A stretch of 64,000 bases of DNA from a virus: positions 1-64,000 of IMG/VR virus record IMGVR_UViG_3300039008_000208; one strand, written 5' to 3'. Below the pieces are notes generated by a model. It was not told the DNA's origin and made no database searches. It saw nothing but the letters and a program-made list of their open reading frames with translations. The position numbers and the translations under genes were made by a program. Position 1 is the first letter of the stretch; each line of letters opens with the position of its first letter. This document shows, one piece after another, positions 29,293 to 37,535 of the stretch.

Positions 29293-29670
29293 TTGAACCA
29301 ACAGCCTTACGAGAAGGTGCCAATCTATAGAACGGCACGAGATATACTAAGAGACACACACGTAATGACAGCAAGCATGAACAAGGCGTATAAATTCTCA
29401 CTTGGAGAAACCCTTAGAACATCAGCGCTGGCGCTTACAGAAGGCATTTTTTTAGCATACGAGGAGCGGGAAAATTTAAAGCGAAAATTGTCAGCTATCA
29501 AGTTAATAAAGCGCACGGTGCAGCGCATACTTATAAACTATCGCATTGCAAATGACCTACAGCTGATTTCTGCAAAGCAATACGGAGTGCAGGTTGAGCG
29601 ACTTGTAAACATACTTGCGCAATCGAAAGGATGGGAAAAGAAAACAGCAGAGGCGCTAAATAGTAAATAA
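29293..29670 (+). CDS. avd: accessory variability determinant (Avd, four-helix-bundle family)
   Basis: TTG start, 125 aa. VPIYRTARDIL...KFSLGETLRTSALALTEGI...ANDLQLISAKQY matches the Avd / S23-IVS family pattern. It lies between the target gene and the TR. Confidence 0.75.
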   Translation: MNQQPYEKVPIYRTARDILRDTHVMTASMNKAYKFSLGETLRTSALALTEGIFLAYEERENLKRKLSAIKLIKRTVQRILINYRIANDLQLISAKQYGVQVERLVNILAQSKGWEKKTAEALNSK

Positions 29671-29804
29671 CACGGACATGGCTTGAATACATGCAGTTAC
29701 GGCTGCACGTAGAATGCTTCCACCTCGGATTGTACCACCTGTGCGGTAGATAAAAATGACTTACTTTTGCGGAAACGCGACTTTAGGTTTTGAGAGTACA
29801 ATCT

Positions 29805-29911
29805 AGCTCTTCGGAGAACACTAGCAATAACGCTTGGGTGCAGCGCCCGAGCGACGGTAATCAGAATAACAACAATAAGAACAATGACTACTTTGTTGTG
29901 CCGTGTCGGAG
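29805..29911 (+). repeat. DGR template repeat (TR)
   Basis: Rich in AAC/AAT codons (NTSNN...NQNNNNKNN) and identical to the VR except at 11 adenines. Confidence 0.9.
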
Positions 29912-29924
29912 ATGGAATAAAACC

Positions 29925-31034
29925 GTGAACTTTGCAAAGCAATATACATATCAGGACATCTTTCATGCGTACATGATGTGTCGAAAAAGAAAACGAAACA
30001 AAAAAAGTGCAATTGCATTTGAAATTAACTTTGAAGAAAACTTATTACAGTTGCTTAATGAGGTTAATAGTGGGCGCTATAGGATAGGAAGAACAACAGT
30101 TTTTGTTGTTACATATCCGAAAGCTCGTGAAATATGGGCGGCACTTTTTCGTGATAGAATTGTGCATCATCTTGTGTATGAAGAAATAGCGCCGTTTTTT
30201 GAAAAACGATTTATTGAGGATACGTATAGCTGCCTAAAAGGGCGAGGCGTACTCGCCGCTTCTGATCGTTTGATGCAATTTCATCGTAAAGCAACAGGTA
30301 ATTACGCAAAAGACACTTGGTTTTTGCAATTTGATATAAAGAATTTTTTTGTCAGTATTGAAAAAGAGATTCTTTTAGATTTGCTGCTTCAGCACGTAGA
30401 GAGTGGAATATCTCGAAGACTTCTTGAGCAAATAGTGTGGCATGACCCAACTGTTAATCCCATCGTAAATGGTAAACGCTCTTTTTTTGCTAAAGTTCCA
30501 CCTCATAAATCTCTTTGGAATGCACCAAAGAACAGAGGGCTGCCTATTGGCAATTTAACCAGCCAGTTTTTCAGCAATGTTTATTTGAATGAACTAGATC
30601 AGTTCGTCAAACATACGTTACGAGCCCAATATTACGTCCGCTATGTGGATGATGCTGTAATATTACATCATGATAAAGCCACGTTGCAGCGTTGGTTAGA
30701 AGAGGTAGATGCTTTTTTGCGCGAAAAGCTCAAGATTTCATTACATCGAGATAAATGCTTTATCAAACATGCATCGCAAGGAATTAATTTTGTAGGAGCT
30801 ATTGTCAAGCCTTATAGGCGATATGCAAGACGGTCTACAATTTCTAAAGCAAAGACAAGCGCGTTTGCAGTGAGTAGACATCCTACAGAGCAGAATATTG
30901 CGTCTGTGAACAGCTATCTTGGACTTATTCGCAATACTGCATCTTATAAAATGCGTAAAAAAATATGCGAACATTCTAAAATTTCAACAATAGTTAGTCA
31001 TGATTCTAATTATTTCAAATTGATCCAACTTTAA
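29925..31034 (+). CDS. DGR reverse transcriptase
   Basis: Carries IGNLTSQFFSNVYLN and YVRYVDDAVIL motifs. The start is ambiguous: GTG 29925 or ATG 29973. The tracked ORF start at 29790 reads through the TR. Confidence 0.85.
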   Translation: MNFAKQYTYQDIFHAYMMCRKRKRNKKSAIAFEINFEENLLQLLNEVNSGRYRIGRTTVFVVTYPKAREIWAALFRDRIVHHLVYEEIAPFFEKRFIEDTYSCLKGRGVLAASDRLMQFHRKATGNYAKDTWFLQFDIKNFFVSIEKEILLDLLLQHVESGISRRLLEQIVWHDPTVNPIVNGKRSFFAKVPPHKSLWNAPKNRGLPIGNLTSQFFSNVYLNELDQFVKHTLRAQYYVRYVDDAVILHHDKATLQRWLEEVDAFLREKLKISLHRDKCFIKHASQGINFVGAIVKPYRRYARRSTISKAKTSAFAVSRHPTEQNIASVNSYLGLIRNTASYKMRKKICEHSKISTIVSHDSNYFKLIQL

Positions 31035-31046
31035 AGGAGCGCCTCT

Positions 31047-31661
31047 GTGTTTTACGATAGTAACAAAAAAGCGAAGCTTACTGAAAGTCAACTATTTCGA
31101 TGTTATGGATTGAAGCCAACAGATGATCTTGTAAATGTTGGCTCTGGCATTTTCTCGCTTAATGAGCCTGTGCCAGAGGGTTTTGACGAAGAGGTGCATA
31201 ACATTATCGTAAGCGGCTTCACAATCAATAAACAAACAGCCTCTGCTACCAAAGATTCTCGAATTGAGTTTAAAGAGCGTGCGGTTGTTGAATCAGTAAT
31301 AGCGGCACGGTTAGGCGAAAAACGCTATAAGCTGGAAACTGCTGGCATAACATGGAGAGAGCATCCTGTTCACACCGATCGCGAAGCACGTTTTTTGATT
31401 GCAGTTGAAATGAAGGCGATTGAGGATGGGTTCCGCAAAGATGGTAAAGAGTGGAAATTTAAAGATGGATTTCATTCTGTCTCAAACGCAGATTACCCCC
31501 TGCTCTCGGCGGCAGTATATAAATATTCATCTGGATGTTTTGATCGTGAAGCGGAGATTTGCAAACTTGTAGCAGAAGCAGAAGACACCGCTGGAGCATA
31601 TCAAGTGTATCTTGACGAAAAAGATACCGGCTGGCCGGAAGATACTGACAACGTAGACTAG
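31047..31661 (+). CDS. tail fibre assembly / DUF4376-like protein
   Basis: GTG start with AAGGAG 8 nt upstream. 204 aa, located between the two fibre genes. Confidence 0.4.
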   Translation: MFYDSNKKAKLTESQLFRCYGLKPTDDLVNVGSGIFSLNEPVPEGFDEEVHNIIVSGFTINKQTASATKDSRIEFKERAVVESVIAARLGEKRYKLETAGITWREHPVHTDREARFLIAVEMKAIEDGFRKDGKEWKFKDGFHSVSNADYPLLSAAVYKYSSGCFDREAEICKLVAEAEDTAGAYQVYLDEKDTGWPEDTDNVD

Positions 31662-31677
31662 CTTGTAAACAAAATAC

Positions 31678-31710
31678 AGTGGGGCATCGTAGTTAGCCCC
31701 ACTTTCTTTA
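31678..31710 (+). terminator. weak hairpin / attenuator before the second fibre gene
   Basis: agtggggc-N10-gccccact followed by ttcttta. Confidence 0.3.
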
Positions 31711-31724
31711 CGCGGAGTAGAAAT

Positions 31725-33293
31725 ATGACAACTCAAACACAAGCTTCCGTTCTTGCTATAATGAGCGGAACTGCAGGCATTGCAGAAAAAGTTAAACGTT
31801 TGCTTGCCGCCATTGGCTCTGGAGACATTGACCCTGATGCTATCGAAGAGACTATCCGTGTTGCAACAGAACAAGCAGTATCAGACACGCTAAAAGAGAT
31901 TGAAGGTCTAGCAGCAACCGAACTGCTGAATAGAACAGATGAGCAGCGTATGCTTCAATCTATTCAAAATGAATTGTCACCAAAGTTGAAGTATGCATTT
32001 GAGTTTTTTCATCCTCTTTATGCTCTTTCCGACGTAATCACTGTCGCTGATGTTGAAAGCGTTACTGGTGATGATTCTATTGATATGGAAAGTACCACAA
32101 AGTTGAAAGCAGGGCAGGAATACATCATTCAGAATGATAGCATTCAAGAGACGATCACAGTAAAAGAAATCTTATCTGTTAATCGCATTCGAACACAGCA
32201 ACCCGTACAAAACACAATACGTGGAGGCCAGCTTGTTAGAACGAATTGGAAGTACATAACAGCCACTGCTGCCAACGGCGGGGCAACATTGGCTACCGCT
32301 AAGAAGGGGCAAGTTTATTACTCAGACACAATTGATGTTAGCTCTGCCTTTGTTTCTTCTAATCGAAAAGCCATGATCCTTCGTACCGACGAAGGTGTAA
32401 AACCGCCAACGTTTTTGTACAGAAAAGCAAACTCCAGTACTGCATGGACTCCTGTGGTGTGGGAATATCAACGCCCAGCCCCCCATACTCCGTCAAAGCT
32501 CGATATTGAATACACGTTTGAATATGACGGGGAATTCGAAGTTAAAATTGTTGCAACAGAAAATGCAACAATTGACTTCATTATGTTTATTACATCGCCT
32601 TCGGGAATAAAGAGTGGCCTTCATCACCCCCCAGCGATTCCAACCTGTGTTCTTCCGGCAGATGGCGCTACTGACGTTGGCGAAACACCAGCATTAACAA
32701 CTAGTGCATACACCCATCTTGCGAAGACAGCACAGCGCGGTGTTTTTATTGAAGTGAGCAAAAAAGCAGATGATTTTACCGGTGAAAACCTTGTGTTTAA
32801 TTCCGGCGAACGTGCCGGTGTGTCTGTGGCTCCCGATAAAGGCGTATTGCAGACAAACACCAAGTACTATCAGCGCGCAAAGCATATTGATGCCCTTGAT
32901 GGTATCTCTGAATGGTCTGCTGTTACCTGCTTCACGACAGCAGGGTCTTTTGTGTCTATCGATACGCCACGCAGTACAGCACCAGTTGCCGGAGCAGAGC
33001 TAAGTTCTCCAGATGGACTGACGCTGACATCAAATCCATTTTCAACAACTGGCGATAGTGATACGCACGCGGCCTCACAGTGGCAGATCGCGAAGAATCC
33101 GAACTTTGATACTATTCATTGGGATTCCAGCGAAGACAGTGCCAATAAAGTGTCTAAAAGCGTTCCGGACGGCACCGTAGAGCGTGGCGAAACCTATTAC
33201 TGGCGCTGTAGACACAAAGGCGCAAACAAAGGTTGGTCGGACTGGTCTGTCGGGAATGTTTTTACTATTTCCAGAGTCGCTATTGAGGAGTAG
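31725..33293 (+). CDS. tail fibre paralogue lacking the diversified tip domain
   Basis: 522 aa, collinear with the first fibre through both FN3-like repeats. It then ends (VGNVFTISRVAIEE) with no DUF1566/VR. Confidence 0.7.
   Translation: MTTQTQASVLAIMSGTAGIAEKVKRLLAAIGSGDIDPDAIEETIRVATEQAVSDTLKEIEGLAATELLNRTDEQRMLQSIQNELSPKLKYAFEFFHPLYALSDVITVADVESVTGDDSIDMESTTKLKAGQEYIIQNDSIQETITVKEILSVNRIRTQQPVQNTIRGGQLVRTNWKYITATAANGGATLATAKKGQVYYSDTIDVSSAFVSSNRKAMILRTDEGVKPPTFLYRKANSSTAWTPVVWEYQRPAPHTPSKLDIEYTFEYDGEFEVKIVATENATIDFIMFITSPSGIKSGLHHPPAIPTCVLPADGATDVGETPALTTSAYTHLAKTAQRGVFIEVSKKADDFTGENLVFNSGERAGVSVAPDKGVLQTNTKYYQRAKHIDALDGISEWSAVTCFTTAGSFVSIDTPRSTAPVAGAELSSPDGLTLTSNPFSTTGDSDTHAASQWQIAKNPNFDTIHWDSSEDSANKVSKSVPDGTVERGETYYWRCRHKGANKGWSDWSVGNVFTISRVAIEE
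32640..33247 (+). repeat. direct repeat copy 2 (shared with 28064-28671)
   Basis: See copy 1. Confidence 0.85.
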
Positions 33294-33298
33294 GCACA

Positions 33299-33676
33299 GT
33301 GCATAAAATTTTAACTAAGCGACCCGTAAAAATTAAACCTGTGTCATGGGTTCCATTTGGTGTTGCTGCCATCACGCTTGGGCATACAATCTACATTTTG
33401 CGTAAGCAAATTGATAACAGGCCATTACTGAATCACGAGACAAACCACGTCGCACAGGCTGAAGAAGAGAAGACGCTTTTACACTTCTGGGGCAAATATC
33501 TGTTTAGCCGCAAGCATCGCTTTGCGTATGAGGCTGACAGTTTTGCGGTGGAAGTTAAAAGCAGTGGCGATCTGGAGCAGTGCGCGTATTTGTTCCGTAA
33601 AAACTACTTCTTAAATATTAGCTTCGACGAAGCGCGACAAGGCATACTTGCTGCGCTGGAAAAGATAGCAAAGTAA
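33299..33676 (+). CDS. small HExxH (zincin-like) protein
   Basis: GTG start, 125 aa. It has an N-terminal hydrophobic segment and the motif NHETNHVAQ. Confidence 0.35.
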   Translation: MHKILTKRPVKIKPVSWVPFGVAAITLGHTIYILRKQIDNRPLLNHETNHVAQAEEEKTLLHFWGKYLFSRKHRFAYEADSFAVEVKSSGDLEQCAYLFRKNYFLNISFDEARQGILAALEKIAK

Positions 33677-33719
33677 CTAGTCTTCAAGTCCGACAATAAT
33701 AGAGCTATATAACACATAG

Positions 33720-33751
33720 AACGCCCTGCAATTCCGCAGGGCGTTTTTTTG
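33720..33751 (+). terminator. Rho-independent terminator after the fibre module
   Basis: aacgccctgc-aattcc-gcagggcgtt followed by T7. Confidence 0.8.
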
Positions 33752-33794
33752 GCGTATGGTTCATCGGTATTTTAGCTAAAATATTGGAGGGATC

Positions 33795-34388
33795 ATGCCT
33801 CAAGTTCGTCTTGATTTTGAGAAGCTAACAGAAGCTGGTTTGAAACCGGTAGTTAGGAAAATAGAAAAACATGGCCTTACAGTAGCAAGCATAAAAGCTA
33901 CAAATAAGGCTAAACGGATGTCGGGTTATCTAACAAAGTCTGTGATTTTTGTCTTTGATACAGGACAGCAGTTGGAAGTTTTGGTCAAAGCCGACGGGAC
34001 GGTTTTTCAGGTAAAATTAAACCGTAAGGTTGTACCTATTAAGGCTGTGTCTAACATTGACAAAGCAATTGTCGAGCTTGTTGATGCCGTACAGGATAAT
34101 GAAAGAAAATATTTGAAAGCCAAGAAACGTCGTGAAGCGCAGGTTGCTAAAAAACTTGCTACAGGTTCGCCTGCTCGGATCACTCGAAAAGAAAAACTTG
34201 ATAAAGCTAAAGCAATGCAAAGTGAGTTGCAGAGTGAGTTAGCAGTTTATCAAGAACGTATGCAGTCTCTTGATCTTGCCGATCTTCAAGCTCGACTTGA
34301 AGACAAGAAGGCAGAAGAAGCATTATTGCAAGAAAAAAATACCGAACTTAAATCAGAACTCGAAGGTTTGAAAAAGGAGGCTGTATAA
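33795..34388 (+). CDS. coiled-coil protein sharing its N-terminal module with the next ORF (Hdf-like relationship)
   Basis: 197 aa. SVIFVFDTGQQLEVLVKADG...KLNRKVVPI resembles QLPFSDGQSVSIIFHSPEGD...LLNKRDITHVV in the 745-aa ORF. Both segments are followed by coiled coil. Confidence 0.35.
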   Translation: MPQVRLDFEKLTEAGLKPVVRKIEKHGLTVASIKATNKAKRMSGYLTKSVIFVFDTGQQLEVLVKADGTVFQVKLNRKVVPIKAVSNIDKAIVELVDAVQDNERKYLKAKKRREAQVAKKLATGSPARITRKEKLDKAKAMQSELQSELAVYQERMQSLDLADLQARLEDKKAEEALLQEKNTELKSELEGLKKEAV

Positions 34389-36625
34389 TGCCAATTACTC
34401 GTGAAGAAGTATTACAAGCCCCTGTCAACCCGAACTTCAATGGAATAAAGATTACGGCAGAAGGCGGTACGTTGGTCGGCTTTTCTGTAAACGAACTTGA
34501 TGATGTTTACTACAAGTTATCTAGTGGCAGGTATGAAGATGCTTGTTTGCTAGAGTCTGTAAGCTTCGATGCAATCGACGAATTTTGGAATCCAGCTTCT
34601 GTTGTTTTTGGCGAAGACATGCTTCTTGAAGCTGTTACGATCCCTTCGTATGCTCGTACAGGCCAACGCATGAAAGCTGTCGTGCGTGTCATGAATAAAG
34701 CTCTAAGCAGTAATGAATCTGGCATTACTGCTGAAGCTCCGATTGTTGGTAAGCCGAAAAAGCAGGGAAATTTTGCATACGTGACAGTACAGCTTCCTTT
34801 CTCTGATGGGCAGTCTGTATCGATAATCTTTCATTCTCCGGAAGGAGATAAAAAGAAAATTGAAGCCACTGATCCATTGATTGCGTTTCGCTGGCTGTTG
34901 AATAAGCGCGACATAACACATGTTGTAGCTCCGGAAAGTGGTCGCGAAATCTCGTTAGAAGAAATTTCCAAACGAGTATCTCAGCTTGTTGAGAAAAATC
35001 ACGTCCGCTTTATGAAAACGCAAAAAGCGGCGATGGAAGAACAGAAAGAGCTTGAAGCAACGGAAAATTCTATTGCTGAAATTAAAGAACAGATTACGAC
35101 TACTACTGAAAAAGTGGAACAAGCTGTAAAGCAGAAGGAAACTGTTGAGTCGAAGATTGAAGCTCGTGATGTTCGCATTTCTAAGCTTGCGGATGAAAAT
35201 GCTAAGCTTGAGGCAGAGATTGTCGAATTAAAAGCTAAGAAGGCGGCTACAGCCCCTCAAGAGGGCGGCTCTGATGGTGAAGGTGCTAATCCTGAAGTAA
35301 CTGATGAGGTAGTCCCAGACGAAGAAGTTTCTCGTATTGATCCGTTTTGGAAGCCTGAAAAACTTCCGTCCGATGTACGTACTGCATTGAAAAAAGTACC
35401 TGTGCGCGTGACAGTTGGCGAACTCCCGTCAACATTCCCTAAAGAAGTTCGCCGTGGTGGGCATCTTATCATGAAGGCCAGCCGTCCGATTACAAGCGGT
35501 AACGACATTATCTGGGGTAAACACTTTGCCGGTATCAACCCTGAAGGCCAGTATGCAGCACAATCTATTGAACACAACCGTAAGCTTGATGCATCCGTCA
35601 TTGCGGTAGTTTCAAAAGAACAAGCATACGAGTACCTGACTCATAAATTCGGTGATGAATTTACGAATTCAGATGCGGACGATGAAGCTCGTATGGAGCT
35701 TGCTGAAACACAGCTTTCCAATCTCGAAGGACTTGCCTATCCAGAGTTCCTCAAAGCCTTTAAAAACCCTACTGATGAAAGTGAAGCTGGTGAGGGAGAA
35801 GGTGAAGAAGGTTTAAATAACGATACGTTCCCAGAAGAATCCGTTATCCGTGCGCTGAATGGCGTTGTTCTTGGTAAAGATACAGCGGCAGACATGGCGG
35901 CAGACGGCGGCTATGCTGGCATATTGAAAGATAAGCTGTTGCAGGAAAAGTATCAGGATGCGCTTGACCACATCCTCGGCATTCGTATTGTTGAGGTGCG
36001 CAACGCGCTTCGTGATCTTGGTTGGAGCGGTGAGCAAAATGGTACGCTGTCTAAGAATGGTGTGACTGCCAAGTTTGAATATGAGCATGTAGGAGCCGGT
36101 AAGAATGTAGTGGGTTATTCGATTAACGGCATTCGTGACGACCTTACTGCCCTTTCTGAGGAGCTTGCAAGGCAGATTGACACTACTGCCCCAACTTCAG
36201 CCAATGAGCCTGAAGTTGAGGAAGGGGCTGATGTGAACGAGCCATATCCTGTCGGTTTTACTTGGGCTGAAGGTATGAAAAACTTTAAAGTTGTTGATCG
36301 CGAAGGTGAAAAGTACATCATCGAAGACACTGCTATGGCGGGAATGTTTCCAGAAGTGGTAACCTATGAAGAGCTTCATAACCGAGTGACTAACCCACCT
36401 CGCCCAGAAAGGGGTAGCGGTGAATTTAATCCAGCAGTGGAATCATTGAAGAGCATTGTTGCTGGCGCTTATGACCACGATCCGGAAGGACTGGAAGCTG
36501 CCCTTGATGAAGCAGCGGAGTATCTTGAAGAACGCGATTTGTTAAAGCGATATGACGAACTTCTTAATGAAGCAGCAGATAAAGCAGCACAAGTTGCGAT
36601 TGATGGCGCAAAAGGGGTAGCGTAA
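34388..36625 (+). CDS. large coiled-coil virion-associated protein (DarA-like by architecture)
   Basis: 745 aa with ATGA start/stop coupling. It has a central coiled coil and acidic linkers. Confidence 0.3.
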   Translation: MPITREEVLQAPVNPNFNGIKITAEGGTLVGFSVNELDDVYYKLSSGRYEDACLLESVSFDAIDEFWNPASVVFGEDMLLEAVTIPSYARTGQRMKAVVRVMNKALSSNESGITAEAPIVGKPKKQGNFAYVTVQLPFSDGQSVSIIFHSPEGDKKKIEATDPLIAFRWLLNKRDITHVVAPESGREISLEEISKRVSQLVEKNHVRFMKTQKAAMEEQKELEATENSIAEIKEQITTTTEKVEQAVKQKETVESKIEARDVRISKLADENAKLEAEIVELKAKKAATAPQEGGSDGEGANPEVTDEVVPDEEVSRIDPFWKPEKLPSDVRTALKKVPVRVTVGELPSTFPKEVRRGGHLIMKASRPITSGNDIIWGKHFAGINPEGQYAAQSIEHNRKLDASVIAVVSKEQAYEYLTHKFGDEFTNSDADDEARMELAETQLSNLEGLAYPEFLKAFKNPTDESEAGEGEGEEGLNNDTFPEESVIRALNGVVLGKDTAADMAADGGYAGILKDKLLQEKYQDALDHILGIRIVEVRNALRDLGWSGEQNGTLSKNGVTAKFEYEHVGAGKNVVGYSINGIRDDLTALSEELARQIDTTAPTSANEPEVEEGADVNEPYPVGFTWAEGMKNFKVVDREGEKYIIEDTAMAGMFPEVVTYEELHNRVTNPPRPERGSGEFNPAVESLKSIVAGAYDHDPEGLEAALDEAAEYLEERDLLKRYDELLNEAADKAAQVAIDGAKGVA

Positions 36626-37533
36626 TGTCTCTCTCATTTAAAGAGAAGCGTGCTCTTACAAAGGTTGTTCATGCCAAGGTGAAACAGCTTGAATCTGGTG
36701 GGCTGACTTTTAAAGAAAAAAGAACTGCCACTAAAGAGCTTAATGAAGCTGTCAAAAAGCTTGGAGCACAGCTTGGGGCGATAAGATCAAGTAAACTTCT
36801 TGATAAACTTGTTGCTGGTGATTTCAACAAACTTGCTCCATTACCTTTTATTGCGAAAGTTCGCGAGGTTGTGGAATCTATAGGCAATGATGTTAAGCCG
36901 GTATTGCCTCCGGTTATTGAATATGTTGCCCTTAACAAGGGGAACATCGGCATCATGGAGTCTGCAATACTTGAGTCAGTGCAAATGATGGGTTCTCCAG
37001 TGCAGTTTCAGACAGCTCATGAAAGACAATCGGCAGTATTAACGATTGATATAGATCACGATTTCAAGGAACCGGCAGTTTTTCGCTCTCAAATCCGGTG
37101 CCTCGAAAATGCCAGTGTAGAGGATGAGATTACATTAAAAATCAACAGCCTTGGTGGTCGAACTGATGCTGCAAAGGCATTTTATGTGGCTTTGATGGAA
37201 ACGAAGGCCAAAACCAAAGCTAAGCTGCTTACTGCACACTCTTCTGGCGCAATCGTTGCTTTCGCATGTGATGAGATAGAACTCACTCCACATTGTGAAG
37301 CGATGATTCATAATGCTAGCTATGGAATGCGTGGTAAAGTCAACGATGTTCATGCCAGCGCAGCATTTTCGCAGCAGCACCTTACCGGTTGGTACAATGA
37401 GCTATTTCAAGGCTTTTTATCTCAAGATGAGATTGATGATGTAATGAAGGGTCAAGATATGTATTTTGGCTATTCTGATCTCAAAGATCGCCTTGATAAT
37501 TGGACGCCTATTCGTCAGCGAGAAGGGCGGTAA
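36625..37533 (+). CDS. ClpP/S49-family serine protease (prohead protease candidate)
   Basis: ITLKINSLGGRTDAA...LLTAHSSGAIVAFACDEIELTPHCEAMIHNASYG follows the ClpP/SppA pattern. Confidence 0.55.
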   Translation: MSLSFKEKRALTKVVHAKVKQLESGGLTFKEKRTATKELNEAVKKLGAQLGAIRSSKLLDKLVAGDFNKLAPLPFIAKVREVVESIGNDVKPVLPPVIEYVALNKGNIGIMESAILESVQMMGSPVQFQTAHERQSAVLTIDIDHDFKEPAVFRSQIRCLENASVEDEITLKINSLGGRTDAAKAFYVALMETKAKTKAKLLTAHSSGAIVAFACDEIELTPHCEAMIHNASYGMRGKVNDVHASAAFSQQHLTGWYNELFQGFLSQDEIDDVMKGQDMYFGYSDLKDRLDNWTPIRQREGR

Positions 37534-37535
37534 TA

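Larger units (their letters stand above)
27191..31034 (+). mobile_element. diversity-generating retroelement cassette (target-avd-TR-RT)
   Basis: A collinear 107-nt VR/TR pair with adenine-only mismatches, an Avd-like ORF and a DGR-type reverse transcriptase. Confidence 0.9.

Noticed and set aside
29697-29966. 89-aa minus-strand ORF spanning the TR.
   Set aside because: It overlaps the TR and the RT 5' end on the opposite strand, is unsupported by any signal, and the TR explains the sequence conservation.
31725-33293. Second fibre as a second DGR target.
   Set aside because: It ends right after the shared FN3-like repeats. No sequence resembling the TR (gcttgggtgcagcgcccgagcgacgg...) occurs in or after it.
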